A stretch of 64,000 nucleotides of DNA from Mytilus edulis (lineage: Eukaryota): NCBI RefSeq assembly GCF_963676685.1, contig NC_092352.1, positions 14,384,001 to 14,448,000 on the forward strand. Direction: 5' to 3'. Within the stretch, counting starts at the first letter, position 1; each line of letters begins with the position of its first letter. Shown here piece by piece: positions 10,942 through 24,635 of the stretch. A program made the position numbers and the translations under genes. The notes beneath the pieces are model-generated. The model did not search any database. It was not told the DNA's origin and saw only the letters and a list, made by a program, of their open reading frames with translations.

Positions 10942-11751
10942 GGTCAATGAACAGTAAATATGCTATGTCATAGTTTTTGGTAAAATGATGTGTACAACTT
11001 TGGCTCGTTGAATTCTCTAAGAAAATCTATAAAATAAAATAATGCCTTTACCTCTTTTTTCTTCTTAAATATGACTGATTGAATTCTATCAAGATGTATG
11101 AACATTTGTGAAACAACATATCGAAAAACGTTCATTAATTTGTATAAAAATCATCAAATGTCTAAATTCAAATCCATAGATTTTTCTTTCAAAAAAAAAC
11201 AAAATATTGTTAATACATAAATTTCTGTTTGAATGATATAAAAATAATCATCACCGACTTAGTTTTTTTTTTTGCGTTTTAACCAAACTCTTTCCTAGAT
11301 GGTATGACAAAATTATAAAAAAAATCGACTTTTAGGGTCTACAACGCGTTGACGTGACTTCGACGTAATGTGGTATTTCTCACCAAGTACACTATTTTGG
11401 ATCATGTTAAACTTTTAAATGAAATCGGTGTACCTATTATTGATAAACATCATTTAAAACGGAAATTATTGTACCAATTGACAACAAAGAGTGTTTTTTT
11501 TTTTAATAAAAGTTTGCATTAAAATTAAAGATTTGATTATTTTAAAACAAATTTAAGAACGTTTTTGCCGATTGTATGTGCTTTTTACACACTGTTTACC
11601 TATATTGATGGAATTCAATCAGTAATGTTTCAGAAAATATAACAGATAGGTGCATAGTATTTAGTTTCGATTTTCAATTAAAGCTCAACAAACCAAAATT
11701 TGCAAAATTTTATGAAAATCTATTACTAAGCCCATTTACTGCAACTTGACC
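10942..11751. mobile_element. Kolobok-type MITE
   Basis: TTAA|GGTCAA...CAGTAAAT at the left end, ATTTACTG...TTGACC|TTAA at the right end; imperfect TIRs with TTAA on both sides. Confidence 0.7.
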
Positions 11752-14097
11752 TTAAACTGAAAATGTTACAATGAATAGTATATAACCCATATAAGTTATG
11801 TATACTAAAATAAACAACATGATGTCATTTTCGGAAGCTTGTAGGAGGCTTTAAATTAACTCTCATGGATCTCTTTTAATAATGAAGAAAACAAGTTAGA
11901 TATAAAACAGTATTTGAATTCACATTATATTTGCGCATTCTACAAAAGTTAAACTTGAAATGAAAAACAAATGCTTCAATCTGCTTCAGACAAATATGAA
12001 ACTTCACGACGACAAAAATAAACTCACAACAAAAGACATACATGGTTCAACACACAGTCGAAAATGCGATGGTAACCGTCCACCCAAAACAGCAAGCTTT
12101 GGATGGTCCCATTTAAAATAAAAGCAACTACACTCAAGGGCACATTAAAATACATAACTAGCACAAGGTGAACTAAAGTTATTGCGGGACAAGCACATAA
12201 ATAAAACCTACACACGCTTGACTTTGACAAGAATTTTGGAGAAAAAAGTGACACTGTAAAATGTATTTAGTTAAGTGTTCTATATCATAAGTTTTAAGAT
12301 TTAATTATTTAAAGGCAACGGCTGTTATCTCAATTCTTTTTATATCTTTTAGCCTATAGTTGTCTTTTTCGTATTTTTTCGGTCATTTTTCTCCATTCAT
12401 TCTAGCAGACTGTCGTTCATGTTATCACACACTATTCATTTGGTCCTAAATTATTAGCACTGGTTATCAATGTTAAACGATAAGCAATTCGTTAGTTAAT
12501 AAATTCAAGAATAAAGAAGAATTTCGCCGGTTAACATTGATGTTCCTCGTTTATTAAGTGAGGGAGGAAGGTGGTCACATCTTCAACTAAGATTGTATGT
12601 TTTATTCTCTCAGATGATTTGTGTAAAACTAACATCATTGTATCATTTTAATATTTATTTTAAGATTTTCTATGCCACTGTTGATCACACGAGAATAATT
12701 TGTGACTCCATGTCATCACTTATAATGTATAAAATCAAATAATGCATTGTTTAGGTACACTTAAGTTATCGTATAACTCTGGTAAAAGTATCAATCATTA
12801 ACGATTTATGGTCGTTTTAAAAAATAAATCCACCTACAATACTGCATTCCAATTTACAATCTGAAAAGATATCACATTTGGGACAATGTCACAACGGCAG
12901 ATCAAAATCCATCTTAATATTTATCATATATTTAAAAAAAAAAAGGGATTTGGGCCATGACACTACTTCAGTTCAAACATGCCAAACAATAACAATTAAA
13001 CAATTAATATTCAACATATTTCAATTCGGATTCGGACCCCTTATGAGACATAATGTACATTATAGGACAGACAAATATGAATAAAGATAATAATAACATA
13101 ACCTATTTTCTGACACATTCTATTATATGAATAAATATATTGAACGGTTAAAGTAGTTCCAATTCTAAGTATGTCAGTGCACAAGTTATTACAGAAATAA
13201 CATATGAACAAATATTAAGGAATATATAGATTCTATGTATATAAAATAGAATTTGGACCGTATTTGTTAAACATCTCAAGTCATATATTTACGCAGATAT
13301 GCAATAATAAAACTTAATTGTTTACAAATGTGCGAAAATCTCTATACAAAAATATAAAGGCAACAGTAGTATGCTGCTGTTAAAAATTCATGAATCGATT
13401 GAGATAAAACTAATCCGGGTTACAAACTAAAACTGATAAATCTTTGATCTTACTTCAGGTTTTTTGTGGAGTTCTAGTTGCTTCTTTGTCTTTATAGTTT
13501 TATTGCATCATTTAAGTTTATAGCAGATATGAAATGGTAACAAGTTGATTTTTATCAATATGAGAAATTTCATGACTTTATTAATTTACTTCACATTTAC
13601 AAGAAAATGAATTTAGCCTGAGTTTTATCAGGTCATTATCTAAAACATTTATAATCTTTCTTTGTGCTAATAAGTAAATGTTACTAAACCTTAATAACTA
13701 TTAGTAAAAAGTATAAAATCACAAAAATACTGAACTCCGAGGAAAATTTACAGAAAGTCCCTAATCGAATGGCAAAATCAAAGGATAAAACACATCAAAC
13801 GAACTGGCAACAACTGTCATATTCCTAGTTCAAGTTTAAAGTTTTCAAATATAATTCGGTTGGTGGTTGATTTAGTTCAAGGTTTTTAGTATAATTCGGT
13901 GAATATTTTTAAAATATTATAAAGATCAATGCCGTTTTATCTTCGTTTCAGTGCAAATATAACCAGTGTATCATTTAAGTTTTTAACATCAATAATGACT
14001 TTCTATGTTATGTTACAATTACATTGTTTGAAATAGTAATATCTCTACCGACAATAGTATAAATCATTCATAATTTAACTCGATGTAACTGTATACT

Positions 14098-14374
14098 TTA
14101 CGGTAATCTTACTATCTTGTGCAATGTCATACCACTTCTAATACCCATTTGCGCCAAAGTGGCGTTCAATATGATATCGTTGATGTCATATTTAAAATTT
14201 TTAGCATCATTTATAAGATGTCGTGCTGTAATTATGTTTATTTATATAAGTTTCGGATTTATTTGCCCCAGATTTTGCCTTTGTGTGAGAAATTTCATGA
14301 ATTTATTAATTACATTCATATTAACGGGAAAATGTTAACCCTGGGTTTTATGGGTCAATGTTTTATATCTTCAT
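14098..14374 (-). pseudogene. Possible decayed ubiquitin-like coding sequence
   Basis: Minus-strand frame ends ...DIILNATLAQMGIRSGMTLHKIVRLP*, resembling the ubiquitin C-terminus (TLSDYNIQKESTLHLVLRL). Upstream MKI...GLTF-PVNM is interrupted by stops and a frameshift. Confidence 0.3.
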
Positions 14375-14553
14375 TTGTCGATGTACGTTTCGTTAACGGA
14401 TTCCTCGTTTGTGTACTTAAATTCGGGTTTCCGGCGGAGTATGCAGAACCTGCTCCACCTGTGACACCCTTCGTATTCGTCATAAAATTCTAATTAGTCT
14501 AAATCGGTAGGTCACATTCGGGTAAAAGAGTACGGCATATTGGTTACAACATA

Positions 14554-15185
14554 ACGTAAGGGTACCCAAATTGCACCGAGTACCCAAATTGCACCTATTC
14601 AGAAAAAATAGCAACGGAAATCTTACAAGATTTTGTAGAGACTAAACAATTTGTATTTTTATGATTTGATACTATGCACGTCTTTCAACATAGGTAAACA
14701 TATTTAGATAAACACAAAACGTTCACAGTATTTATCAACAGATGGACTGTTTACTGAAAAGGCAAAATGTACGAAAACGTCACCATGCGACGTCATCAAA
14801 ACGTCATCTTTTTTAAAATTAGCAAATACAATATATTATAAGTATCCATTTCGTAAAATATGAAGAGTAAACATGGACTAATATCCAATTGTTCAAAATA
14901 TTTGAATAAATTAAACAGAAGCTCGGTTATTAGACTTTTGACGATGTGAATTTAAGCATGGATGCAATTTGGGTACTCCTCATTACAGAATCATGGATAG
15001 TTTGGAGGTTGATTCAAACCCATTTTTTTATGACTCAATATGGATTAAAAATCAAACTGGTGTACCTATACAATAAAGAAGGATAGGGCTACAAAATAAA
15101 CACAGTATGGACATTTTTTTCTTGATCATAACAAAACGTAGGTGAAAAAACTGTCAAAATAGGTGCAATTTGGGTACCGTCACGT
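14554..15185. mobile_element. Tc1/mariner-type MITE
   Basis: TA|ACGT(A/G)A(G/C)GGTACCCAAATTGCACC TIRs at both ends; internal copies of GTACCCAAATTGCA; TA on both sides. Confidence 0.8.
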
Positions 15186-15249
15186 TAGGAGCATTAATGT
15201 CGTCACCTGTAAAGTAGATATTCCATAACTTTTAATCAACTCGTTATAG

Positions 15250-15660
15250 CGGCCGTTACGAATGGATTATTTCAATTTCGTCACTTGGTAATCCTGATTT
15301 AATTACTTCCTACTTAGCAGCTACCTTCTATCAAGGAAATGAGATAAGAAATATATGCCCTGGTATATCGTATCAACTTAGAGATATATACGTCGTATGC
15401 AGGCTCTACTGGAATGATACTACATAGAAATAGAAAGTTCACAATTGGAAAGCTGAAATTATCTCTTTTGTCGTAAAATTTTGATTTCAACCTACCCTGA
15501 TAGTCAATTTCTAGAAGTCAAGATATGAGGAAGACTTAACTGTTGTTGTTGTACCCTTTATCTCAACTTTGATGGGATAGTAACATACTAACCGAAGTTT
15601 GAATTATTTAGTGGAAAACATCATCTATATAGCGGAAAGTATAGTTCAAGGATATTGCAT
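15250..15660 (-). mobile_element. Degenerate Penelope-like RT C-terminal fragment
   Basis: Minus strand encodes ...SYLD..EIDYQGRLKSKFYDKRDNFSFPIVNFLFLCS.IP..PAYDVYISKLIRY. A similar relic lies at ~24040-24430. Confidence 0.7.
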
Positions 15661-17499
15661 ACTTCTTTTTTAATTCCTCAGACGTTTCTTTATAGCCTCA
15701 TGGGAATAAAGGAACTAGTCGGCAAGATAAATGGCACATTTTTTTCCCATGGAAATGCCGATTGTCTGTTGAAAACACGTCCTCCAAACGTAACGAATAT
15801 GCTGTCTATCAAGAAATCTAGCATCTTGATAACGATGGTTTCAGAAAAATTGTTATTTGCATCAGAGTGAAATTTGAAAAGTAGGATTTATTCCTCCCGA
15901 GAACAAGATACTTGTAGAATCGCATTCATAACAGTGTGGCTGTGGACATTAATTGATTGGCGCACTTTAATATCCCAATATGGGACATATTAGATGAACG
16001 TTCGTCAATAACGCCCATTGCTCAAGACGTCCTAAGTATAGACATTTTTAAAAACCGTGGGGTCACCAAAGGTTCTCAACGCCTAAATAAAATAATTCGA
16101 AATACTAATCAGAAGAATTTGTGTTTTGATTTATATTGATTAATTAAAGGCAGTTGCTATTTGTCCGGCCAATACAATGCGCATGTCACTATTTGTGTGT
16201 GCGTGTAATATTATCTTCAGCAGCACCAGGGGCTAGCAAATGTTTGTTATCTTTATTGTTAGGGCCCAATCTTGTTACTGGTAATTGAAATTGTTGTTTT
16301 CTTCATATATCTATTATATAATAGTCATTATCTATTCCATATTTATTACTTCATCTATGACTTAACATTGTAAGAACAGAGAAGAAATTAGTTGTAAAAC
16401 AAACTCGGGTCGTGTTTGACTTTTGCATTTTTTTTTATATATTTTATTACTCCACCGTGGCTTTTTATAATCCTATGTCCACTTTTGTTAACCTCAATAC
16501 CCGTGTTGCGTTAGTGGTTTGTGTAATGTTGGCAACAATTTACTTCATGACTTTTTTCAATCTTCCTGCTAAGGGTTGATACAGAAGGACGCATCAAATT
16601 TTAAAAAAATTGTATTTTTCAAGGTAGGCTTTATCGAAATTGAAAAGTAGAAAAACCACAAAAAAATATCACAATTGGAAAGGTCTGCTTTGAATTTGTG
16701 ATTTTGAGAAGTCATGTGAGTTATCCTTACTGCTTCATTTACTACTTCATTCTATTGGTTTTGAAAGTGTCAGCGAGGTAATTGTTGGTAATTAAACAAT
16801 AGTTTGAAATATGTTCAGAAGATATGTTTCAATTAAAGTCTTTTGTATTTCGTAGCTAATAGACATGGTCCAACTTTAAATATGTCCTGAAGACATTATA
16901 GTTTTCCAAAGTTCCCTTTTTTCTCTCCTTTATCACATCAAACTGATTTTGACAAAGCCCGCATTTGAAGCAAGAATTTTTCAACGTATCCATTGTTTTA
17001 TTTTTTTACAGCACTAATAGACTTTTCTTCCCCGAGGGTATCATCAGCTCAGTAGTCAGTTCTTTGGTACTGACATGATTTAACAAATCTTTCTAAAATT
17101 GTCCGTTTATAAATTTTGAAATTTTAATGAGGCTAAGGTGTCAACTTCCATGCAATGTTGACCTTAGATTTTGCTATCTTTTAAGTCCTTTTTGGTTATA
17201 TAGCTCTTCGGATGTTTTGTTTCTTGGTTTTCAAATTTTTGGCTTTCAGCGTTCAAAATTTTAAGCCTGTTATCTCTTATGAGGATATAATATTAGTGAC
17301 ACTACTTTGAGTTGAAACTTTAACAAGCTGTTGCTGATTTACATAATTGTACATGAGTGTTATTCATTATTTTGATTTTATGTATTAAAAATAAGGCATC
17401 ATTAATATGCCGCTGTCCAAAAGTCGATTAAACACACAAAAAAAAGTAAAGTATTTTATTTATGTTGTCATGCATATAATAGGTTTAAAATAGGTTACT

Positions 17500-17680
17500 T
17501 TTCTCGTTTGAATTGTTTTACATTGTCTTATCGGGGCCTTTTATAGCTGACTATGCGGTATGGGCTTTGCTCATTGTTGAAGGCCGTACGGTGATCTATA
17601 GTTGTTAATGTCTGTGTCATTTTGGTCTTTTGTGGATAGTTGTCTCATTGGCAATCATACTACATCTTCTTTCTTATATT
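17500..17680 (+). repeat. Abundant interspersed repeat (GCCTTTTATAGCTGACTATGCGGTATGGGC...CCACATCTTC family)
   Basis: Copies at ~33170-33340, ~36425-36570, ~58436-58570 and reversed at ~49790-49930. Confidence 0.75.
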
Positions 17681-18499
17681 ACAAGTATTTTCCTTAACGG
17701 ATGAGTATTCAAAACAGAACAGTTATTCTACACATAACGCTATCCCTCGTGTATGTATTGCCTTATTTTCATAATTGTTTTACCGTTTTTAAATTTCGGA
17801 TTTATTTTGGCCTTCAAACTGTTTTGATTCGAGCACTACTTATGGGTCTTATTTGAACAAACATACGCCTAGAGTACCAGATTATAAACCTGTTTCTTTA
17901 TGAGTTTTTACAACAACAGGATAGATGCAAAGCGATTTTTAGCAGAGTAATGCAAAATTAATGACAGTTTTCCGGGAAATTAACATTGGCGTGAATATTT
18001 TTGCTAAACAATTCTTTGTATAAAATATTCTTTACTTTCAACAAAATCTCAATTGGCGAGGGGTGTCATTTAGAGTCAGGAAATAAGGTGAAAACAGTTG
18101 AAATTTGTAAAAAATGGATGGAAATGAAATATTTTCCTATTTTGGGCTAATATCTTTATAAATATGTGACAGATATACTTTATTTTCTTATTTTTCTTTT
18201 AACTATCCTACATTTAGCCATTAACATTTGATAATTAAAGGAGGTTTGAAAATTTTCGAATGATTCAACATTTTAGACATAAGATTTACAGAAATTACTA
18301 TAACAAGGATATTCTGTTCAGCAACGATGCACTGATTATTAGGTAATATCAACAGGGAACATTCGAAACCATTTCTTTTCTAAACAAAGGAAACAACAAC
18401 ATTATCAAAATAGATTAAAAACATAAAAAAAAATCAAATGTAAAGTCATGTGATGTGCTAAAGTAGCAATGCACATATTATTGTTAGGACCATTTGATT

Positions 18500-18768
18500 G
18501 ATGTCGGTGTTGAAATGAATGAATATCAATAATGTGGTCATTTTTATGAATTTCCTGTTTACAAAACATTGAATTGTTGGAAAAACTAAGGATTTTCTTA
18601 TCCCAGGCATATATTACCTTAGCATTAATTGGCACAACTTTTTGGAATTTTGGATCCTAATGCTCTTCAACTTTGTACTTTAAATATGAGCGTCATTGAT
18701 GAGTCTTTTGTAGACGAAACGCGCGCCTGGCGTACTAAATTATAATCCTGGTACCTTTGATAACTATA
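18500..18768 (+). mobile_element. Retrozyme copy with mutated hammerhead (18690-18733)
   Basis: GCGTCA TTGATGA GTCTTTTGTAGAC GAAAC GCGC GCC TGGCGT: C3U change and GUC->GCC. Confidence 0.75.
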
Positions 18769-20259
18769 TCTTAGGTATGTCAATGACCGTGCTTCAAAAC
18801 CAGGTTTAATCCCCCTTTTTTCTACATAAGCAAATGTCTTAACCAAGTGAGGAATATGTACGTCAGTTGTTTTCATTCGTTTGATGTTTTTGATAATTGA
18901 TATGGGACTTTCCATTTTAAATTTCTCTTGGAGTTCGATATTTTCTTATCTTTTTTTTTTTATTTTTTAATGTATTTTGTGTCACACCTCAGATTTCGTG
19001 GCAAACCCGATTAATCTAAGAAATTGAAAATGCAGAAACATTTTTTTCTAACAACACAGAACAATATGTAGATTGCTTACAGAACGACTTTTTGTGGATA
19101 AATCATTTAAAAGAATAGAAATAATCTTTATTTTGAAAACTTAGTTCACATAAAATGTCATATTAAATGTGTTGTTGTTGATTTATTAGTGCTGATTTCT
19201 AAAATGCAAATTTCATTTCTAGAAACTTACTGAATACATTTTTTTTTAAATGACATATCACTTGATTTCAAAGGAGTAACACGGCGGCTGTCGCATGTGG
19301 AGCACGATCTGTTTATCCTGCCTGTGCAACTGAAATGCTGTTGTTTGTCTGTTTTTTAGCCATGAAGTTGTCAGTTTATTTTCGACTTATGAGTTTAATT
19401 ACTAATTTGGTATTTTTTTTTATCTTGAAAAGGGTCTTAGTTTTATTTCAGAATTCTTCATATTTTCTTCATATGTTTGTTCTAAATGCACAAAACATTT
19501 GCTTTCTCGAAAGCTAATATGAACAGCAATATTTGTTTTTCTCTTGATTTGGATATGCCAGTTTCAAAAGAGGAACACTTTATCAATATTTACACTATAA
19601 CAGACGACTTTCGTTCTCTATTATTAATTTTCCTTTTTCAGACAATGTGTGAGTCCTTCTATAGTTTAATTATTTCCTAACTCGTTCTCTTATTCGTATC
19701 TGCATGTACGTTTTTGATTACAATGACGTTATATGTGCTTGACTGATATTTTAGTTCAAGTGATAGATTGTGTCGCAACAAGTTACTTAAACTTTAGCTT
19801 TCTGCGTTGTTTATGTTTCGTTTGTATATCTACAAATATTTGTCTTTTTTTGTCATGGTATTGTCAGTTTATTGTCGACAAATGCAATTGAGTGTCCCTT
19901 AAGTATCTTTGATGTCTTGATGTATATTTATCTTATTGTCGATTTCACCTAATCTCATTATTCTCATATGAGTTATGATACAAAGGCAAATGTATATTAT
20001 AGTTTAAATATAATCCGTGAAACATAAGAAAACAATGAAACAATTGAAACAACATTCATTTGAATATAAACTGTTTGTTACTTCAACGTCACAATTGATT
20101 TAAAAAATGAATGAAATTAAGTTTTACAACAAACATACCAGCCGGCGCGACGTGTATTTCGGGAATAACTTTAACAAGGAACGTTCGAAACTTAAAGTTA
20201 AGAGAACCAAATCCTTATACCGTGTGAAGACATTCAAACTGGAAAGAGTCGTCAATCAT

Positions 20260-23108
20260 TTAAATAACTAATTTGTTCAGTAATTCTTCAGCAAAGCGTG
20301 CCATTTCATTCAAACATTCACACTGTGCTTTGTATATATGCAGGTTGACGATTTTATTCAGGGTGTATGTGTGAAGTAGATTGACCTCTGGAATAAAGAA
20401 CACAGGCATACTCTGATTTTCAACACAGAAAAGCATTCTTCTAGTTATTTTGTATGCCCAAGCGGTTGCTGAATCCCCATCCGGTTCAACAGTTGAGTGT
20501 TCATTTGAATTGTATTGATCTAAATAAATTTCTAGTTCGTAGAGAAAGCATGATTTCAACATGTATGTAGTAAGATATTCTACGCTTGGTTCATCGTCAT
20601 CGTCTTTGTCCCAAACAGTTGGGAAATATTCGGATTTGTGTAATGCTTTCACCAGAATGTACCCTTTTCGTATTGACGGTGTCATGCTTCTTATGATATC
20701 GGCCTCGACGTCTGCTGTCGATATTCTGAGAAGTATATTCCAATCTCTAAACACCTCCGAGGCAGGAGTTTTGAACACAACTGAATAATTTGGTTCCAAA
20801 TGTAACTGATTCATTAAATTGTTGTGCAAGTTTATGGTTTTTGGTAGCCATTTTGTTGGTTCTACAACAGGAACAATGTCTACAGATATATCAAGATCCT
20901 TAAATGATTTACCAGTCCATCGAAAATTTATATTAGAAATCGAACCTTTGTGTAGATCAAGAAAGGATTTCAGATAAAGATTTGTACTTGTAAGAACATC
21001 ATTATTCAACAAAGCCAAGTTTATGGCTGAATACAAGCTTCTGACGACCTTCATGCTATCGATGAAGCCATTTTCATCCACGTATTTTTGTAACAGCTTA
21101 CTATTTGCACCACCTTTTAGCTTGAGTTTAACAAAACCTTTCGGAAAATCGGGAAGCTCTATTGGCTCTACGTGTTCACTAAATTTTAGTAGATGCCATT
21201 TGATATCAAATTCGTCATTTTGTCCTATCTTTGTTCCTTCTTTTCTACTTCCTGACAGTGTAACATTACATTCAAGAATAGGGTTTGTCATTTTCACATA
21301 CTGAGCTAGGCTTTTCATAATATTTTCAATAGATAATGCAATATCATGGTTTTCATCAGTGTAATAGTATAACCCCATGTCACAAGAATCGCGAATTAAA
21401 CCAGCAAATTTGCCAAAAGCGTCCTTATGGTCTTGTAAATGTAATTTCCATTCACTGATATTTAGTTCATTATCACAACATTTTAATATATTCAAGAAAG
21501 GGCACCCGCCAAATATGTTTTCTTTGCATATACATTCTCTGTTTTCAAACTTGTTATCCGTCATACGCTCATGTGTATGTTGCACATGGATAATGTTATA
21601 TGGTTCTTCTTCGGGCATATTCTGACTTTTACCGAAAGCCTGAAGACAGACTCCAAGGTCGCTTGCACTTGCACCTGCAGACTTATAAGTTTTATATGGA
21701 GTAATCAGTTGATATAACATATATTCATAATTAAGGAATTTTGCATAATCTATTGGATTTCTACCGTCTGAATTTTCAACGACAGGATCGAATCCTCTGT
21801 TTAAAAGCATTGAAAATGAACCATTATCCTGATACCATATCGCCCAATGAAAAAACGTAGAGCCAAAATTATCCTGGATGTTGACAATACTAGAACAATG
21901 TGTTTCCAATATAATCTCTAAAATTTCAGGATGTTTACTCGCTATGTGACATGATGTTTCTCCTGTTTTCGCTTTAGCAGTTGGATCTGCGCCAAGTTTC
22001 AATAATATCTCAACTAGATGCTTTCTCCCCTTTTGAACAGCATAGTGTAAAGGTGTCAAACTTTGGAGATTTGTCTCGTTTACATTTAATCCTCGATTAA
22101 CAAGAAACTTGACAATTTGGATTATTTCGTTATCTCTTGATTCGAGTTCATCGTCTTCAGCGTTTTCGATTGGGTCATCTGGAGGTGACATAATCATATG
22201 AAGTACAGTGGATCCCATTTTATCCCTTTTCCTAAAATCCATCCCTTTCTTTAGCAGGTGTTGTACATGATTCAGTTGGACCTTGTCGGAAAACATTATC
22301 TGATGGAGTAAACTTTGTCCAAAACCATCCTCCATGTTTACATCCAGTCCATATTTCATTAGACAATCAATTGATTCTTTGAAACCTTCATAACTTGGAT
22401 TTTCTGACAAATAATGAAGTGCTGATTCATCATAAATATTTACGTCATATGGGTGTGCTCCGTTTTCTAATAAAAAATATATTGCTTGGTCACAACATAC
22501 TGATGCAGCATAAATAAGCGGTGTCATTTTGGTTAAATCTTTACTATTCACAGATGCACCCGCTGTAATAATCGCTGCAAAAAATCTACGCAATTATGAT
22601 TTTCACTTTTAGATGACTGTTCTTCTTCAGAAGGATGAATGACATGTATAAAGTGAATCGGACATTTCCCTTCCGGATTAGGAGATAAAACATCTTTGGA
22701 GAGTTCAAGCAGTCTACTGATTCTTGTATAACACCTACCCTCTCCAATCGTTGTACAGTCTTTAAAAAGACTCAAGAGAGCATTTTCACCCGACACGTTG
22801 CAAAAGTTCACGTCTGCTCCATGATCAATTAAAAGTTCAAATATCTTAATATCGACATCGTCGTAGAGAGCCATGAATAACGGAGTTTTACCATCTTTAT
22901 CTGGAATATTAGGATCGGCCCCATGTCGAAACAAGATGTTTACTATTTCTATTTCGTTATTACATACGGCAACATACAGAGGTGTCGTATCCAATCCAGA
23001 TCTATTTTCGGCGTGATTTACATTTGCCCCGTCATCTAATAACTTACTCACGTCTTTTCTTCTTCCTTCCACAACTGCATTAATAAGGCTACACTCCTTA
23101 CTTTGCAT
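20260..23108 (-). CDS. Ankyrin-repeat + Mab-21/cGAS-like nucleotidyltransferase (cGLR), ~949 aa if a 1-nt frameshift at 22579-22584 is corrected
   Basis: ORFs 22548-23108 and 20260-22593 join (…CVDFFAAIITAGASVNSKD…) by adding one T to a T6 run. About 12-13 ANK repeats (TPLYVAV, TPLFMAL, TPLIYAA, TPLHYAV...). NTase motifs SGSRKEG...DEFD and VDIVP; Mab-21 C-lobe motifs RISTADVE, TTYMLKS and PVFFIPEVNLL. A splice acceptor TATTTTTAG lies ~31 nt upstream of the ATG. Confidence 0.9.
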
Positions 23109-24434
23109 GGTAATTTAATTTTAATTCAGCTTCTCAAATCTAAAAATAGAAATTTAAATATTTATAAGAGAAAAAGTACTGAATTATATATAATGAGTCT
23201 TAATACCTTTAATAAAAGTATCATGTCAAACTTTGTTATTTTACTGAAGAAATTGTTTTTGACCTCATGCATAAATTAGTTCAGTCATTTGTAATATGAA
23301 ATAGAATTCAATTCTAAAAACTTATATCGCAAAGCTTATGTTTGTTACCTACATTCGTTTTCATCATCTATTTAGTAGATAAGAACATCGATGAAATACA
23401 GGGAAAACGGTACTATTTATTCTGTCATAGGCGACAATATTAACATTTTCTAAATTTACCACTTTTTAAGATAAAAACCTGGTTAAACAGTTATATGTTG
23501 TGTAAGTACTTTATTATTCTGTTTTAAAAATTAAAGCCAAATAGTATCATGACCAACTTCCAACGGAGTTTGTTTATGTTATCCATGCCCACCGTCATTT
23601 TGCACCAAATTAATGAGATTTTGCAAGTCTTTTCGAATAATTCTCTTGAAAATATTTCAATAGGTTTCAAAATGTATATGGTAAATATACACATTGCAGT
23701 TATTCATAGATGAATAAAAAATATATTGTACCCTTACATCCAATCACAGCGCTCCTAATTTGACTTCCTTCACCTGCCTTGGGTACACAAAAGGCCTATA
23801 GCTAATGCTGGGAAAATTTAATACTACCGTTTTCCCTACAATCAGTATGTCGTTTAAAAGAAAATAGTAGGAAAATATTACGGGAACATTAAAAACTCAG
23901 TAGTGAAAAACTGACAATGTCATGACAATTAACGAAAACCTCAGACGAAAACGCCGAAAGGATCCACAACTACATGAAAACTTAAAATCTAGCAAAACGA
24001 ACCCCGCCAAAATCCAGGGTTGAACACAGAGTGATCTGCAAGGGTAGACTGTCCTTGTTCCGATAATTCTTATTCATTGATGTCGCAGTCGAGGATTTTT
24101 TTTCTCAAGAGGACGGAATTGTTTGTACGGCAATTTGAACATATTCGTCGTATTATCTAATATTCTATAACGGCCAAACAGGTCGTGATGTCATTCGGAA
24201 AACTTTCGAAGCGATGACTTCAAATTCAAAATTTGGAACGCTTGGTTAAATAACTTACTAATGAGTCTATCAAGAAAATCATTATAGGAAACACAAGCTG
24301 GAATATCGTATCAACTGGGAGATTTATACTTCATATGCAGACGCTGATGCAATCTTGGCTCTTGCTACATAGAAATGGAAAGTTCACAATGGGGAAGCTT
24401 AAATCATCCCTTTTGTGGAAAAGTTTTGTTCTTA

Positions 24435-24635
24435 ATAGTTATCAAAAGTACCAGGATAATAATTTAGTTCGCCAGACGCGCGTTTCGTCTACATAAGACT
24501 CATCCGTGACGCTCATATCAAAATAGTTATAAAGCCAAACTAGTACACAGTTGAAGAGCATTCAGGTTCCAAAATTCCAAAAAGCTGTGCCAAATACGGC
24601 TAAGGTAATCTATTCCTGGGACAGGAAAATCCTAT
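24435..24635 (-). mobile_element. Retrozyme fragment with mutated hammerhead core (CGGAUGA), inserted in a Penelope relic
   Basis: Family end ATAGTTATCAAAAGTACCAGG followed by CGCCAGACGCGCGTTTCGTCTACATAAGACTCATCCGTGACGC; Penelope-like sequence on both sides. Confidence 0.7.
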
